DNA of 64,000 nt. Source: Myxococcota bacterium. Lineage in GTDB: Bacteria > Myxococcota_A > UBA9160 > PR03. The translations under genes and the position numbers were made by a program. Below the pieces are notes generated by a model. It was given only the letters and a program-made list of their open reading frames with translations. It did no database searches and had not been told where the DNA came from. Below, in pieces: positions 17,801 through 27,578 of the stretch. Where the stretch lies: NCBI GenBank assembly GCA_035506135.1, contig DATJPY010000044.1, forward strand, positions 1,528 to 65,527. Reading direction: 5' to 3'. Position 1 is the stretch's first letter. Each line of letters opens with the position of its first letter.

Positions 17801-19270
17801 ATGAGCCCGATCGACCTCGTGATTCGCGGCGCGACCCTCTACGACGGGACGGGTGCTCCACCGCGTCGCGCCGACGTCGCACTGGCCGGCGATCGGATCG
17901 CAGCGGTCGGTGATCTCCCCGCGCCTGCCGACGCGCGCGACCTCGACGCGCGCGGCCTCGCGCTCGCGCCGGGCTTCATCGACGTCCACACGCACGACGA
18001 CTTCGCCGCCGTCCTCCACCCCGCGATGGGATTCAAGGTGCAGGGGGGCGTCACCACCGTGGTGGTCGGCAACTGTGGGATGAGCGCCGCGCCGTGGGGC
18101 GTCGCGCGGGCGATGGCGCAGGCGTTCCATCCCGGCGCCGCGCTGCCCGCGTGGGAGGGCTTCGCCGGCTACCTCGCCCACCTCGATGCGGAGCCGGCGA
18201 GCTGCAACGTGGCCGCGCTGGTCGGGCACGGCACCGCGCGCGCGGCGGCGATGGGCGGCGACGCGCGCGCGCCGACGCGCGCCGAGCTCGATCGGATGCG
18301 CGGCATCGTGCGCGAGGGGCTCGAGGCCGGCTGCTTCGGCCTGTCGACGGGGCTCGTCTACGAGCCCGGCCGCCACGCCGCGACCGACGAGATCGTGGCG
18401 CTCGCGCGCGTGCTCGCGGGAAGCGGCGCGCTCTACGCCACGCACATGCGCGACGAGGGGAGCGGGCTCCTCGACTCGGTGCAGGAGGCGATCGAGATCG
18501 GCGAGCGCGCCGGCGTGCCGGTGCAGATCTCGCACCACAAGGCGGCGGGTCGCGAGGCGTGGGGCCTCGTGCGCGAGTCCCTGCGGATGATCGAGCAGGC
18601 GCGCGCGCGCGGGCTCGACGTGACCGCCGATCAGTATCCCTACACCGCGGGAAGTACGGTGCTGGCCGCGGTCGTGGCCAACGCCGAGCGCTTCGGGCGC
18701 GCCGACGAGGCGGCGGTGGTGATCGCGTCGGCGCCCGGCCACCCCGCGTGGGAGGGCCGCTCGCTGGCGGAGCTCGGAGCGGCGTGGGACATGCCCGGGA
18801 TCGAGGCCGCCCGGCGTATCCTCGACGCGGAGGGGTTCTCGGCGACCGTGGTCATGCACAGCATGGACGAGGGCGACGTGCAGACGGTGATGCGTCACCC
18901 GACCACGATGATCGGCTCGGACGGGATCCCGACGCTGGCGGGCAAGCCGCACCCGCGGCTCTACGGGACCTTCGCGCGCGTGCTCGGCCACTACGCGCGC
19001 GACCTCGGCCTCTTCCCGCTCGAGGAGGCGGTCCACCGCATGACCGGGCTCGCGGCGCGCAAGTTCGGGATGCGCGACCGCGGGGTGGTGCGCGAGCAGG
19101 CCTTCGCCGATCTCGTGCTCTTCGACCCGGACGGGATCGCCGACGTGGCGACTTACGCGGATCCGCACCATCCGCCGGCCGGGGTCGAGCGCGTCTGGGT
19201 GAACGGGGTGTGCGTCGTCGAGCGTGGCGCGCACACGGGGGCCCGGCCTGGTCGCGCGTTGCGGCGCTGA
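17801..19270 (+). CDS. N-acyl-D-amino-acid deacylase (D-aminoacylase) family amidohydrolase
   Basis: ORF 17801..19270. Sequence: DLVIRGATLYDGTG..APGFIDVHTHDD..ATHMRDEG..QISHHK. Confidence 0.85.
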   Translation: MSPIDLVIRGATLYDGTGAPPRRADVALAGDRIAAVGDLPAPADARDLDARGLALAPGFIDVHTHDDFAAVLHPAMGFKVQGGVTTVVVGNCGMSAAPWGVARAMAQAFHPGAALPAWEGFAGYLAHLDAEPASCNVAALVGHGTARAAAMGGDARAPTRAELDRMRGIVREGLEAGCFGLSTGLVYEPGRHAATDEIVALARVLAGSGALYATHMRDEGSGLLDSVQEAIEIGERAGVPVQISHHKAAGREAWGLVRESLRMIEQARARGLDVTADQYPYTAGSTVLAAVVANAERFGRADEAAVVIASAPGHPAWEGRSLAELGAAWDMPGIEAARRILDAEGFSATVVMHSMDEGDVQTVMRHPTTMIGSDGIPTLAGKPHPRLYGTFARVLGHYARDLGLFPLEEAVHRMTGLAARKFGMRDRGVVREQAFADLVLFDPDGIADVATYADPHHPPAGVERVWVNGVCVVERGAHTGARPGRALRR

Positions 19271-19310
19271 CCCGGTCGCGCCCGCTCTCTCGACGCCCTG
19301 CGCGCCGATC

Positions 19311-19326
19311 TGTAACGTGTTTCAAA
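19311..19326 (+). promoter_or_regulatory. AT-rich element TGTAACGTGTTTCAAA upstream of the SDR/LLM operon (CRP/FNR-like half-sites TGTAA-N6-TCAAA, or a promoter element)
   Basis: This is the only AT-rich stretch in the 71-nt gap 19271-19341. It ends 4 nt before the AGGAGG of the gene starting at 19342. Each half-site matches TGTGA-N6-TCACA at 4 of 5 positions. Confidence 0.25.
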
Positions 19327-19341
19327 TCCGAGGAGGCGAGC

Positions 19342-20106
19342 ATGGGCGGTGGACTGGTCGACGGCAAGGCCGCGCTCGTGACGGGCGGCGCCTCCGGGAT
19401 CGGTCGCGCCACGGCGCTCGCACTCGCTCGCGAGGGCGCGCGCGTGCTGGTGGCGGACCGCGATGCCGCCGGCGCCGAGGCGGTGGCGAAGGCGATCTCC
19501 GAGTCGCGCGGGACGGCGCGCGCCGTGCGCTGCGACGTGGCCCGGGCGGACGAGGTCGAGGCCATGGTGCGGGCCGCCCTCGACGCCTTCGGCCGACTCG
19601 ATTGCGCGGTGAACGCCGCCGGGATCCTCGGCGCACCGGGCCCGCTGCACGAGCTCGCACCCGAGCAGTGGGAGCAGACGCTGGCGGTGAACCTGACGGG
19701 CATGTTCCTGTGCCTGCGGTACGAGCTCCGCGCGATGCGCGCGCAGCGAGCCGGCGCCATCGTCAACGTGTCGTCGGGGGCCGGCGTGCTGGGCACGCCC
19801 TTCCTCGGCCCCTACGCCGCCTCGAAGCACGGCATCCTCGGTCTCACCAAGACGGCGGCGCTCGAGAACGCGCGCGACGGCGTGCGCGTGAACGCGATCT
19901 GCCCCGGGTCGACCGACACGCCGATGCTGCAGGGCTTCATGGCGAGCTCGGCGGAGGCGCGCAAGATGATCCTCGCCACGGCGCCGAGCGGCCGGCTCGG
20001 CACGCCGGAGGAGATCGCCGAGGCAGCGCTCTGGCTGTGCTCCGACCGCGCCTCCTACGTGAGCGGAGAATCGATGCTGGTCGACTTCGCCGCGGTGTCG
20101 CGCTGA
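19342..20106 (+). CDS. SDR family oxidoreductase (FabG-like)
   Basis: ATG 19342 with AGGAGG upstream. Motifs: [26 protein letters not shown]. Confidence 0.9.
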   Translation: MGGGLVDGKAALVTGGASGIGRATALALAREGARVLVADRDAAGAEAVAKAISESRGTARAVRCDVARADEVEAMVRAALDAFGRLDCAVNAAGILGAPGPLHELAPEQWEQTLAVNLTGMFLCLRYELRAMRAQRAGAIVNVSSGAGVLGTPFLGPYAASKHGILGLTKTAALENARDGVRVNAICPGSTDTPMLQGFMASSAEARKMILATAPSGRLGTPEEIAEAALWLCSDRASYVSGESMLVDFAAVSR

Positions 20107-20120
20107 GGGGACCGGTCGAG

Positions 20121-20987
20121 GTGAAGTTCGTCGTCCCCACCGCCTTCAGCCCGCCGGCGCACTTCTGCGCCATGGCCCGCGCGGCCGAGGAGGCCGGCTG
20201 GGACGCGATCGCCATCTCCGACCACGTGGCGCATCCCGAGCGCATCACGTCGCCCTATCCCTACACGAAGGACGGATCGATCCGGTGGACCGAGTCGACG
20301 GCATGGCCGGACCCCTGGGTCTCGATCGGCGCGATGGCCGCCGCGACCTCGCGCCTGCACTTCGTGACGAACATCTTCGTCCTGGCGCTGCGCAACCCGT
20401 TCCTCGCCGCCAAGGCCATCGCCACCGCTGCGGCGCTCTCGGAGGATCGCGTGGCCGTCGGCGTCGGGGTCGGCTGGATGCGGGAGGAGTTCGAGCTCGC
20501 CGGGCAGGACTTCGCCACGCGCGGCCGCCGCACCGACGAGATGATCGAGGTGATGCGGAAGCTCTGGAGCGGCGGCTACGTCGAGCACCGCGGCCGCTTC
20601 TACGAGTTCGGACGCGTGCGCATGCTGCCCGCGCCCGGCGCGCCCGTGCCGATCTACGGCGGCGGCCTGTCGGAGCCGGCGCTGCGGCGCGCGGCGCGTC
20701 TCGACGGCTGGATCTCGGACATCCACAGCACCGCGGAGCTGCGCGACATCGCGGCCGTGCTGCGCCGCCATCGGGCCGAGCAGGGGCGGGCGGATGCGCC
20801 CTTCGCGCTGGTGGCGGCGTGCTCGGACGCCTTCGACGCCGACGGGATCCGCCGGCTCGCGGATGCGGGCGTGACGCACTACGCGACGGCGCCGTGGCTC
20901 TTCTACGGCGGCTCGTGGGATTCGCTTCAGGACAAGGTCGACGGCATGCGGCGCTTCGCGGACCAGGTGATCGCGAAGCTGCGCTGA
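20121..20987 (+). CDS. LLM class (luciferase-like) F420/flavin-dependent oxidoreductase
   Basis: GTG 20121 in the frame of ORF 19224..20987. Sequence: VKFVVPTAFSPP..AEEAGWDAIAISDHV..RVAVGVGVGWMREEFE..EVMRKLWSG. Confidence 0.8.
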   Translation: MKFVVPTAFSPPAHFCAMARAAEEAGWDAIAISDHVAHPERITSPYPYTKDGSIRWTESTAWPDPWVSIGAMAAATSRLHFVTNIFVLALRNPFLAAKAIATAAALSEDRVAVGVGVGWMREEFELAGQDFATRGRRTDEMIEVMRKLWSGGYVEHRGRFYEFGRVRMLPAPGAPVPIYGGGLSEPALRRAARLDGWISDIHSTAELRDIAAVLRRHRAEQGRADAPFALVAACSDAFDADGIRRLADAGVTHYATAPWLFYGGSWDSLQDKVDGMRRFADQVIAKLR

Positions 20988-20997
20988 AGGGGGTCGG

Positions 20998-21747
20998 ATG
21001 CGCCGGTTCGAGGACAAGGTGGTGCTGATCACGGGCGCGGCGTCCGGGATCGGGCGCGCCTGCGCGCTCAAGCTGGCCGAGGAGGGTGCTCGGCTCGCGC
21101 TCGGGGACGTGCAGGCCGAGGGGCTCGAGGCGACCGCCAAGCAGGTGCGCGAGCTCGGCGCCGCGTGCGAGACGCAGTTCGCGGACGTCGCCGACGAGGC
21201 CTCGGTGCGCGCGCTCGTCTCCGGCGCGGCGTCCCACTACGGCCGGCTCGACGTGCTGTGCAACGTGGCCGGCATCCTGCGCTTCGATCACACCCACGAG
21301 CTCGCGCTCGCCGACTGGAGCCGCGTCCTCGCCGTGAACCTGACGGGGACCTTCCTGATGTGCCGCGAGGCGATCCCGCACCTGCTCGCCGCGCGCGGGA
21401 ACGTGATCAACATCGCCTCGACCGCAGGGCTGCGCGGGCATCCGTGGACGGCGGCCTACTCGGCGTCGAAGGGCGGCGTGATCGCGCTCACCTGCGGCAT
21501 CGCGATCGAGTACGCGAAGCAGGGCCTGCGCGCCAACGCGATCTGCCCGGGCAGCATCGAGACGCCGATCACGCAGGCCTTCCAGGTGCCGTCGGGCGCC
21601 GACCCCAAGCTGGTTCGCCGCATGATGCCGATCACCGGATTCGCCGGGCCCGAGAAGGTGGCGACGGCGGTCGCCTTCCTGGCGTCGGACGAGGCCTCGC
21701 ACATCACGGGCGAGACGCTCCGCATCGACGGCGGAGCGCTGTCGTGA
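20998..21747 (+). CDS. SDR family oxidoreductase
   Basis: ORF 20998..21747. Motifs: KVVLITGAASGIGRA, NVAG, YSASKGG. Confidence 0.9.
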   Translation: MRRFEDKVVLITGAASGIGRACALKLAEEGARLALGDVQAEGLEATAKQVRELGAACETQFADVADEASVRALVSGAASHYGRLDVLCNVAGILRFDHTHELALADWSRVLAVNLTGTFLMCREAIPHLLAARGNVINIASTAGLRGHPWTAAYSASKGGVIALTCGIAIEYAKQGLRANAICPGSIETPITQAFQVPSGADPKLVRRMMPITGFAGPEKVATAVAFLASDEASHITGETLRIDGGALS

Positions 21748-22529
21748 GCGGTCTGCTCGGCGGACGCGTCGCGATCGTCTCCGGCATCGGGCCCGGCATG
21801 GGGCGCGACATCTCGCTCGCGCTCGCGCGCGAGGGCGCCGACCTGGTGCTGGCGGCGCGCACCGAGGCGAAGCTCGCCGAGGTGGCCGCGGAGGTCCGCG
21901 CGGCGGGCCGGCGCGCGCTGGCCGTGCCCGCCGACATCACCCGGCCCGAGGATTGCCAGCGGCTGGTCGAGCGCGCGCGCGGCGAGCACGGCCGCATCGA
22001 CGTGCTCGTGAACAACGCCTTCCAGATGGGCGGCTTCGTGCCGCTCGAGCGGGCGACCGCCGACGACTGGCGCCGCCCGATCGAGGTCAATCTGATCGGC
22101 TCGATGCAGCTCACGCGCGAGGTGATCCCGGTGATGAAGGCGCAGGGCCGGGGCTCGATCGTGATGATCAACTCGATGGTGGTGCGCGACGTCCTCCCCC
22201 AGATGGGCACCTACGCCGCCTCGAAGGCCGCCCTGCTCGCGGCGACGCAGGGGCTGGCGCGCGAGCTCGGCGGCGGGGGCATCCGCGTCAACTCGGTGGT
22301 GCCGGGCTACATCTGGGGGCCCTCGCTGCAGGCGTACTTCGCGCATCAGGCGAAGCAGCGCGGCGTCGACGCGCAGGTGGTCTACGACGAGGTCGCCGCC
22401 CAGACCGCGTTGCACCACATCCCGACGTCCGAGGAGATCGCCGACGCCGTCGTGTTCTTCGCCTCCGACCTGTCGCGCGTCATCACCGGCCAATCGCTCG
22501 ACGTGAACGGCGGCCACGTGTTCCACTGA
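21744..22529 (+). CDS. SDR family oxidoreductase
   Basis: GTG 21744 (GTGA overlap). Motifs: RVAIVSGIGPGMGRD, NNAF, YAASKAA. Confidence 0.85.
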   Translation: MSGLLGGRVAIVSGIGPGMGRDISLALAREGADLVLAARTEAKLAEVAAEVRAAGRRALAVPADITRPEDCQRLVERARGEHGRIDVLVNNAFQMGGFVPLERATADDWRRPIEVNLIGSMQLTREVIPVMKAQGRGSIVMINSMVVRDVLPQMGTYAASKAALLAATQGLARELGGGGIRVNSVVPGYIWGPSLQAYFAHQAKQRGVDAQVVYDEVAAQTALHHIPTSEEIADAVVFFASDLSRVITGQSLDVNGGHVFH

Positions 22530-23323
22530 TGGCGATGCTGGACGGCCAGCGCGCAATCGTCACCGGCGGCGCCTCGGGGATCGGGCTGGCGACGGCGCGG
22601 CGCATGCTCGAGGCCGGCGCACGCGTCGCGCTGGTCGACGTCGACGCCGAGAAGGTCGAGGCGGCCGGGCGCGAGCTCCGCGCGCCGGCCTTTGTCGCCG
22701 ACGTCGCCGACGCCGCCGCGCTCGACGCCGCCTTCGCGGCCGCGGCCGACGCGATGGGCGGGCTCTCGATCCTCTTCAACAATGCCGGGGCGGGGCAGGT
22801 CTCGCCGCTCCACCGCTATGCGCCCGAGGCGGTCGAGCGGCTGCTCGACGTGAACCTGATCGGGGTCTACAACGGCCTGCGCGCGGCGATCCCGCGCATG
22901 CTGGAGGGTGGAGGGGGCGCGATCGTCAACAACGCCTCCGGCAGCGGCGTACAGCCGACGCGCGGCGAGGCGCCGTACTCGGCGGCCAAGGCCGGCGTGA
23001 TCGCGCTCACCCGGAGCGCGGCGCTCGAGTACGGCCCGCGCATCCGGGTCAACTGCGTGTCGCCGGGCGTCGTCCGCACGCCCCTGTCCGAGGCGCTCTT
23101 CCGCGTGCCGCGGCTGCTCGATCCGCTGCTCGAGGCCATCCCGGCGGGCCGCACCGGCACGCCCGAGGACGTCGCCGACGTGGTCGTCTTCCTGTGCTCG
23201 CCCGGGGCGGGATTCGTGACCGGCCAGAACCTCCTGATCGACGGCGGGCTCTCGCTGGTCGGCGGCGGCATCGATCGGGTGCTGCGCGAGATGATGGCGG
23301 CGATGGAGCGGCGCCGGGTTTGA
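22529..23323 (+). CDS. SDR family oxidoreductase
   Basis: ATG 22529 (TGATG junction). Motifs: [25 protein letters not shown]. Confidence 0.9.
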   Translation: MAMLDGQRAIVTGGASGIGLATARRMLEAGARVALVDVDAEKVEAAGRELRAPAFVADVADAAALDAAFAAAADAMGGLSILFNNAGAGQVSPLHRYAPEAVERLLDVNLIGVYNGLRAAIPRMLEGGGGAIVNNASGSGVQPTRGEAPYSAAKAGVIALTRSAALEYGPRIRVNCVSPGVVRTPLSEALFRVPRLLDPLLEAIPAGRTGTPEDVADVVVFLCSPGAGFVTGQNLLIDGGLSLVGGGIDRVLREMMAAMERRRV

Positions 23324-23355
23324 CGGCCCCGGGGCCGCGGGATACGAAGCCTCCC

Positions 23356-24534
23356 ATGTCCGACGCTGCCTTCGACGCGCTCGAGGTCGGGCGCCTGCGC
23401 CGCCGGCGCGGCGAGAAGTGGGCGCTCTACGGCCCGGACGTCCTGCCGGCCTGGGTCGCCGAGATGGACTTCCCGCTGGCGGAGCCGGTGCGGCGCGCGG
23501 TCGAGCAGGCGCTCTCGCTCGACGACCTCGGCTATCCGCTGCACCCGCGGCCGAACGAGCTGCCCGCGCTCTTCGCCGAGCGGATGCAGGCGCGCTTCGG
23601 CTGGCGGCCGGACCCACATCGGGTCGAGGTGATCGCGGACGTCGTGCAGGGGATCTACGTCGCGCTGACCCAGCTCGCGGCGCCCGGCGAGGGCGTCGTG
23701 GTCCAGACGCCGATCTATCCGCCGTTCCTCGAGGCGGTCGCCGAGACCGGGCGCCGGCTCGTCGAGAATCCGCTTGCTCGGACGGGTCGTTACGAGATCG
23801 ACCTCGAGCAGCTCCGCAGCGCGCTCGATCCGCACACGCGAATCCTGCTCCTGTGCAACCCGCACAACCCGAGCGGCCGCGTGCTCGAGCGCCGCGAGCT
23901 CGAGGCGCTCGCCGAGATCGCGCTCGCGCAGCGCCTCGTGGTGGTGGCCGACGAGATCCACGCCGACCTGGTGCATGGGCCGCGCCGCCACGTTCCGTTC
24001 GCGTCGCTCGGCCCCGAGGTGGAGACGCGCACGGTCACGCTGACCTCGGCGACCAAGGCCTTCAACATCCCGGGGCTGCGCTGCGCGGTCGCCCACTTCG
24101 GCAGCGGCGAGCTGCACCACCGCTTCCTCGGCGTGCCGCGGGCCGCGCGCGGCGGGCTCGGCGCGCTCGGCCAGGCCGCGACGCTGGCGGCCTGGCGCGA
24201 GGGCGAGCCCTGGCTGGAGCGCGTGCTGGCCTATCTCGCCGGCAACCGGGACCGCGTGGCGCGCTTCGTCGCCGAGCGACTGCCGGGCGTCGTGCACGTC
24301 GCGCCCGAGGCGTCCTACCTGGCCTGGCTCGACTGCACGGCCCTCCAGCTCGAACCGACGCCCCAGCGCTTCTTCCTGGCGCACGCGCGCGTGGCGCTCT
24401 CTCCCGGCGAGAGCTTCGGGCGACCGGGCGCCGGCTTCGCGCGGCTCAACTTCGGCACCTCGCGCGCGATCCTGGACGAGATCCTCGAGCGCCTCGCCGG
24501 CGCGCTGCGCGGGCGTGATAGGATCCGCGCGTGA
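23356..24534 (+). CDS. MalY/PatB-type PLP aminotransferase-fold C-S beta-lyase
   Basis: ATG 23356 in the frame of ORF 23194..24534. Sequence: [41 protein letters not shown]-lysine context [13 protein letters not shown]. Confidence 0.8.
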   Translation: MSDAAFDALEVGRLRRRRGEKWALYGPDVLPAWVAEMDFPLAEPVRRAVEQALSLDDLGYPLHPRPNELPALFAERMQARFGWRPDPHRVEVIADVVQGIYVALTQLAAPGEGVVVQTPIYPPFLEAVAETGRRLVENPLARTGRYEIDLEQLRSALDPHTRILLLCNPHNPSGRVLERRELEALAEIALAQRLVVVADEIHADLVHGPRRHVPFASLGPEVETRTVTLTSATKAFNIPGLRCAVAHFGSGELHHRFLGVPRAARGGLGALGQAATLAAWREGEPWLERVLAYLAGNRDRVARFVAERLPGVVHVAPEASYLAWLDCTALQLEPTPQRFFLAHARVALSPGESFGRPGAGFARLNFGTSRAILDEILERLAGALRGRDRIRA

Positions 24535-25742
24535 GCCTCTGCATCCGCGATCCCGAGCTGTTCGGCGTGACGGCGACGAGCGCGACGCTCTGCTTTCGCG
24601 TCGAGGACGGTGCGGGCTCCGTCGAGGCACCGGCGCGCATCCGGCTCGACGGCGAGGTGCGGGCCGTGTCGGAGGGATCCGGGACGCGCCACGTCCGCCT
24701 CGAGGGGCTCGAGCCCGACACGCGCTACCGGATCGACGTCGAGATCGACGGCGCGGAGCCGATCGCAGCCGATCGCTACTTCCCCGAGGCGCTGCGCACG
24801 CTGCCCGCTCCGCGAGCAGCCTGCACGGCGCGCTTTGCGACGATGAACGACCTCCACTTCGGCGAGCCGCGCTTCGGAGGGAGGCTCACCGAGGACCACG
24901 AGTACGGCGACGAGGAGCCGGGCTTTCCGCTGATCCGCGCCGAGGACACCGAGGTGCCCTACTGGCGCAGCATGAACGACGACGCGATCGCCGAGATCAA
25001 CGCGGCCGGCGTCGACGCCGCCGTGATCAAGGGCGACATCGCCGACCGCGGACGGCCCGAGCAGTTCGGCTGGGCGCGCGAGTCCTTCGCCCGGCTGCGC
25101 GCGCCGCACCACGCCTTCCTCGGCAACCACGACTACTACGGGCGCCAGGAAGGCCACTCGGTCGACGGCTATGCGCTGCTCGGACAGGCGCCCGCGCCGC
25201 GCGTGATCGAGCTCGGCGGCTGGCGCCTGGTGCTGCTGGAGACGGCCGAGCCGGGGGACCACCACGGCGTGTTCGGCGACGATCGGATGGGATGGCTGGC
25301 GCAGACGCTCGCCGGGACGCGCGAGACGAGCACGCCGACGCTCCTGCTGATGCACCACCAGCCGGTCCCGCCCGAGCATCGCGACAGCTACCCGAACACG
25401 ATCGGAATGCTGCCGGAGCACTCGCTTCCCTTCTTCGACCTGATCGGTGCGAACCCGCAGGTAAAGGGGGTCCTGATCGGGCACACGCACCGCAATCGCG
25501 TCCGCCGCTATCGCGCCTCCGGCGCGGCGCCGTTCGTCGAGGTGAACTGCACGAAGGACTACCCGGGAGGCTGGGCGCACTACGAGCTCTTCGAGGACGG
25601 CAGCTTCCGGCAGGAGGTGCGCCGCACGGCGAGCCCGCGCGCGCTGGCGCATTCGACCCGCTGCCGCGAGTGCTTCCGGGGCTTCTATCGGGACTTCGCG
25701 CTCGGCTCGCTCGAGGAGCGGAGCTTCGTCGCGGGTGGCTGA
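24531..25742 (+). CDS. calcineurin-like metallophosphoesterase with N-terminal beta-sandwich
   Basis: ORF 24531..25742 (GTG start, GTGA overlap). Motifs: [34 protein letters not shown]. Confidence 0.85.
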   Translation: MSLCIRDPELFGVTATSATLCFRVEDGAGSVEAPARIRLDGEVRAVSEGSGTRHVRLEGLEPDTRYRIDVEIDGAEPIAADRYFPEALRTLPAPRAACTARFATMNDLHFGEPRFGGRLTEDHEYGDEEPGFPLIRAEDTEVPYWRSMNDDAIAEINAAGVDAAVIKGDIADRGRPEQFGWARESFARLRAPHHAFLGNHDYYGRQEGHSVDGYALLGQAPAPRVIELGGWRLVLLETAEPGDHHGVFGDDRMGWLAQTLAGTRETSTPTLLLMHHQPVPPEHRDSYPNTIGMLPEHSLPFFDLIGANPQVKGVLIGHTHRNRVRRYRASGAAPFVEVNCTKDYPGGWAHYELFEDGSFRQEVRRTASPRALAHSTRCRECFRGFYRDFALGSLEERSFVAGG

Positions 25743-27129
25743 CCTCGACCCGACCGCGGCGTCTGCGAGCGCATTGGCCCGCGCCGTTCGCGAGCGCCGC
25801 GTGTCGTCGGCCGAGCTGGTCGACGCCTGCCTGGCGCGCATCGAGCGCGTCAACCCCGCGCTGAACGCGGTCGTGGCGGTGTGTCCGGAGCGGGCGCGCC
25901 GCGAGGCCGAGGTCGCCGACGCCGAGGTCGCGCGCGGCGCCCTGCGCGGCCCGCTGCACGGCGTGCCGATCACGATCAAGGACTCGCTCGACGTCGCCGG
26001 GCTGGTGTCGACCTGGGGCACGCGCGGGCGCGCGGGCTTCGTGCCCGCGGCGGACGCGACGGTGGTCGCACGGCTGCGCGCTGCCGGCGCGATCGCGCTC
26101 GGGAAGACCAACACGCCCGAGCTGACGATGGGGTTCGAGACGAACAACCGGGTCTACGGTCGCACCCGCAACCCGTACGATCCGGCGCGCACGCCGGGCG
26201 GCAGCAGCGGGGGCGCCGCGGCCATCGTTGCGGCCGGCGGCGCGCCGCTGGACCTCGGGAGCGACACGGGCGGCAGCATCCGGCTGCCGGCGCACTTCTG
26301 CGGTGTCGCGGGCCTGCGCCCCACCAGCGGGCGCGTCCCGCGCACCGGTCACGCGATCGGGCCCGGAGGCGCCGCCGACGCGCTGACGCAGATCGGCCCG
26401 ATCGCGCGGCGGGTCGAGGACCTCGCGTTGGCGCTGCGGCTGATCGCCGGACCGGACGGGTGCGATCCCTTCGTCGCACCGGTTCCGCTCGGCGATCCGA
26501 CCGGCGTCGAGCTCTCGGGCCTGCGCGTGGCGCTCCTGGTCGACAACGGCATCGCAAAGCCGGATCCCGCCGTGGAGGCCACCGTGCGCGCCGCCGCCGG
26601 CGCGCTTGCCGAGGCGGGCGCGCGGGTCGAGGAGCGCCGGCTCCCGGGTATCGAGGAGACGCTCGATCTCTTCATGCGCGTGGTCGTGATCGACGGCGGC
26701 ATCGACATCCGCCAGCTCCTCGCTCGATGCGGCACCGCGCTCGAGGAGAGCCCGCTCGCCGGCCTCGCGCAGCTCCCTGCGCCGTCGGGCGACGAGCGGG
26801 TGCGGATCGTCGCGCGGTGGGACGCCCTCCGCGCGCGGCTCCTCGCGTGGACGCAGGACTGGGACCTCGTCGTCTCGCCGGCGAACGCGCACGCCGCGCT
26901 CCGGCACGGCGAGAGCGACGCGCGCATCCCGGCCTTCAGCTACACCATGACGTGGAACCTCGCGGGCTGGCCTTGTGTCGTGGTGCGCGCGGGCTCGTCG
27001 CCCGAAGGACTGCCGATCGGCGCGCAGCTCGTGGCGCCGCCGTGGCGCGAGGACGTGGCTCTGGCCGCCGCCGCGCGCGTGGAGGCGGTGCTCGGCGGCT
27101 GGCGGCCGCCCGCGCAAGGGCCGGGATGA
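25735..27129 (+). CDS. amidase-signature (AS) family amidase
   Basis: ORF 25735..27129. Sequence: [43 protein letters not shown]. 8-nt overlap with the upstream gene. Confidence 0.9.
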   Translation: MADLDPTAASASALARAVRERRVSSAELVDACLARIERVNPALNAVVAVCPERARREAEVADAEVARGALRGPLHGVPITIKDSLDVAGLVSTWGTRGRAGFVPAADATVVARLRAAGAIALGKTNTPELTMGFETNNRVYGRTRNPYDPARTPGGSSGGAAAIVAAGGAPLDLGSDTGGSIRLPAHFCGVAGLRPTSGRVPRTGHAIGPGGAADALTQIGPIARRVEDLALALRLIAGPDGCDPFVAPVPLGDPTGVELSGLRVALLVDNGIAKPDPAVEATVRAAAGALAEAGARVEERRLPGIEETLDLFMRVVVIDGGIDIRQLLARCGTALEESPLAGLAQLPAPSGDERVRIVARWDALRARLLAWTQDWDLVVSPANAHAALRHGESDARIPAFSYTMTWNLAGWPCVVVRAGSSPEGLPIGAQLVAPPWREDVALAAAARVEAVLGGWRPPAQGPG

Positions 27130-27578
27130 GCCCGCTCGCGCGGCTCTCGCTCTGGGCGATGGGCGCGTTCTACCTGCTCGCGGGTCTCAACCATTTTCGA
27201 GATCCGGCGTTCTATCTGCCTATGATGCCGACGTACCTCCCGGCCCACCGGGAGCTGGTGGAGCTCTCCGGGGTTGCCGAGTTCGCGCTCGGGCTCGCGC
27301 TGCTGGTGGTCGGCGCCGCGGCTCCGCGGCTGCGCCGCGCGGCCGCTTGGGGCGTGATCGCGCTGCTGCTGGCGATCTTCCCCGCGAACCTCCACGTCGC
27401 CCTGCACGACGTCCCGATCGGCGGGCGCAGCGAGGGCCTCGGCGTCTGGAACTGGGTGCGGCTTCCTTTCCAGGCCGTGCTGATCGCCTGGGCGTGGCTC
27501 TACACGCGGCGCCCACCGGCGCAGGGACCCAGCCCGCGCGCCCTGCGCGGTGCACCGGCCGAGCCGGCGGCGGAATGA
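27126..27578 (+). CDS. DoxX-like small integral membrane protein
   Basis: ATG 27126 (ATGA overlap). It has four hydrophobic segments: LWAMGAFYLLAGLNHF..ELSGVAEFALGLALLV..WGVIALLLAIFPANLHVAL. Confidence 0.7.
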   Translation: MSPLARLSLWAMGAFYLLAGLNHFRDPAFYLPMMPTYLPAHRELVELSGVAEFALGLALLVVGAAAPRLRRAAAWGVIALLLAIFPANLHVALHDVPIGGRSEGLGVWNWVRLPFQAVLIAWAWLYTRRPPAQGPSPRALRGAPAEPAAE

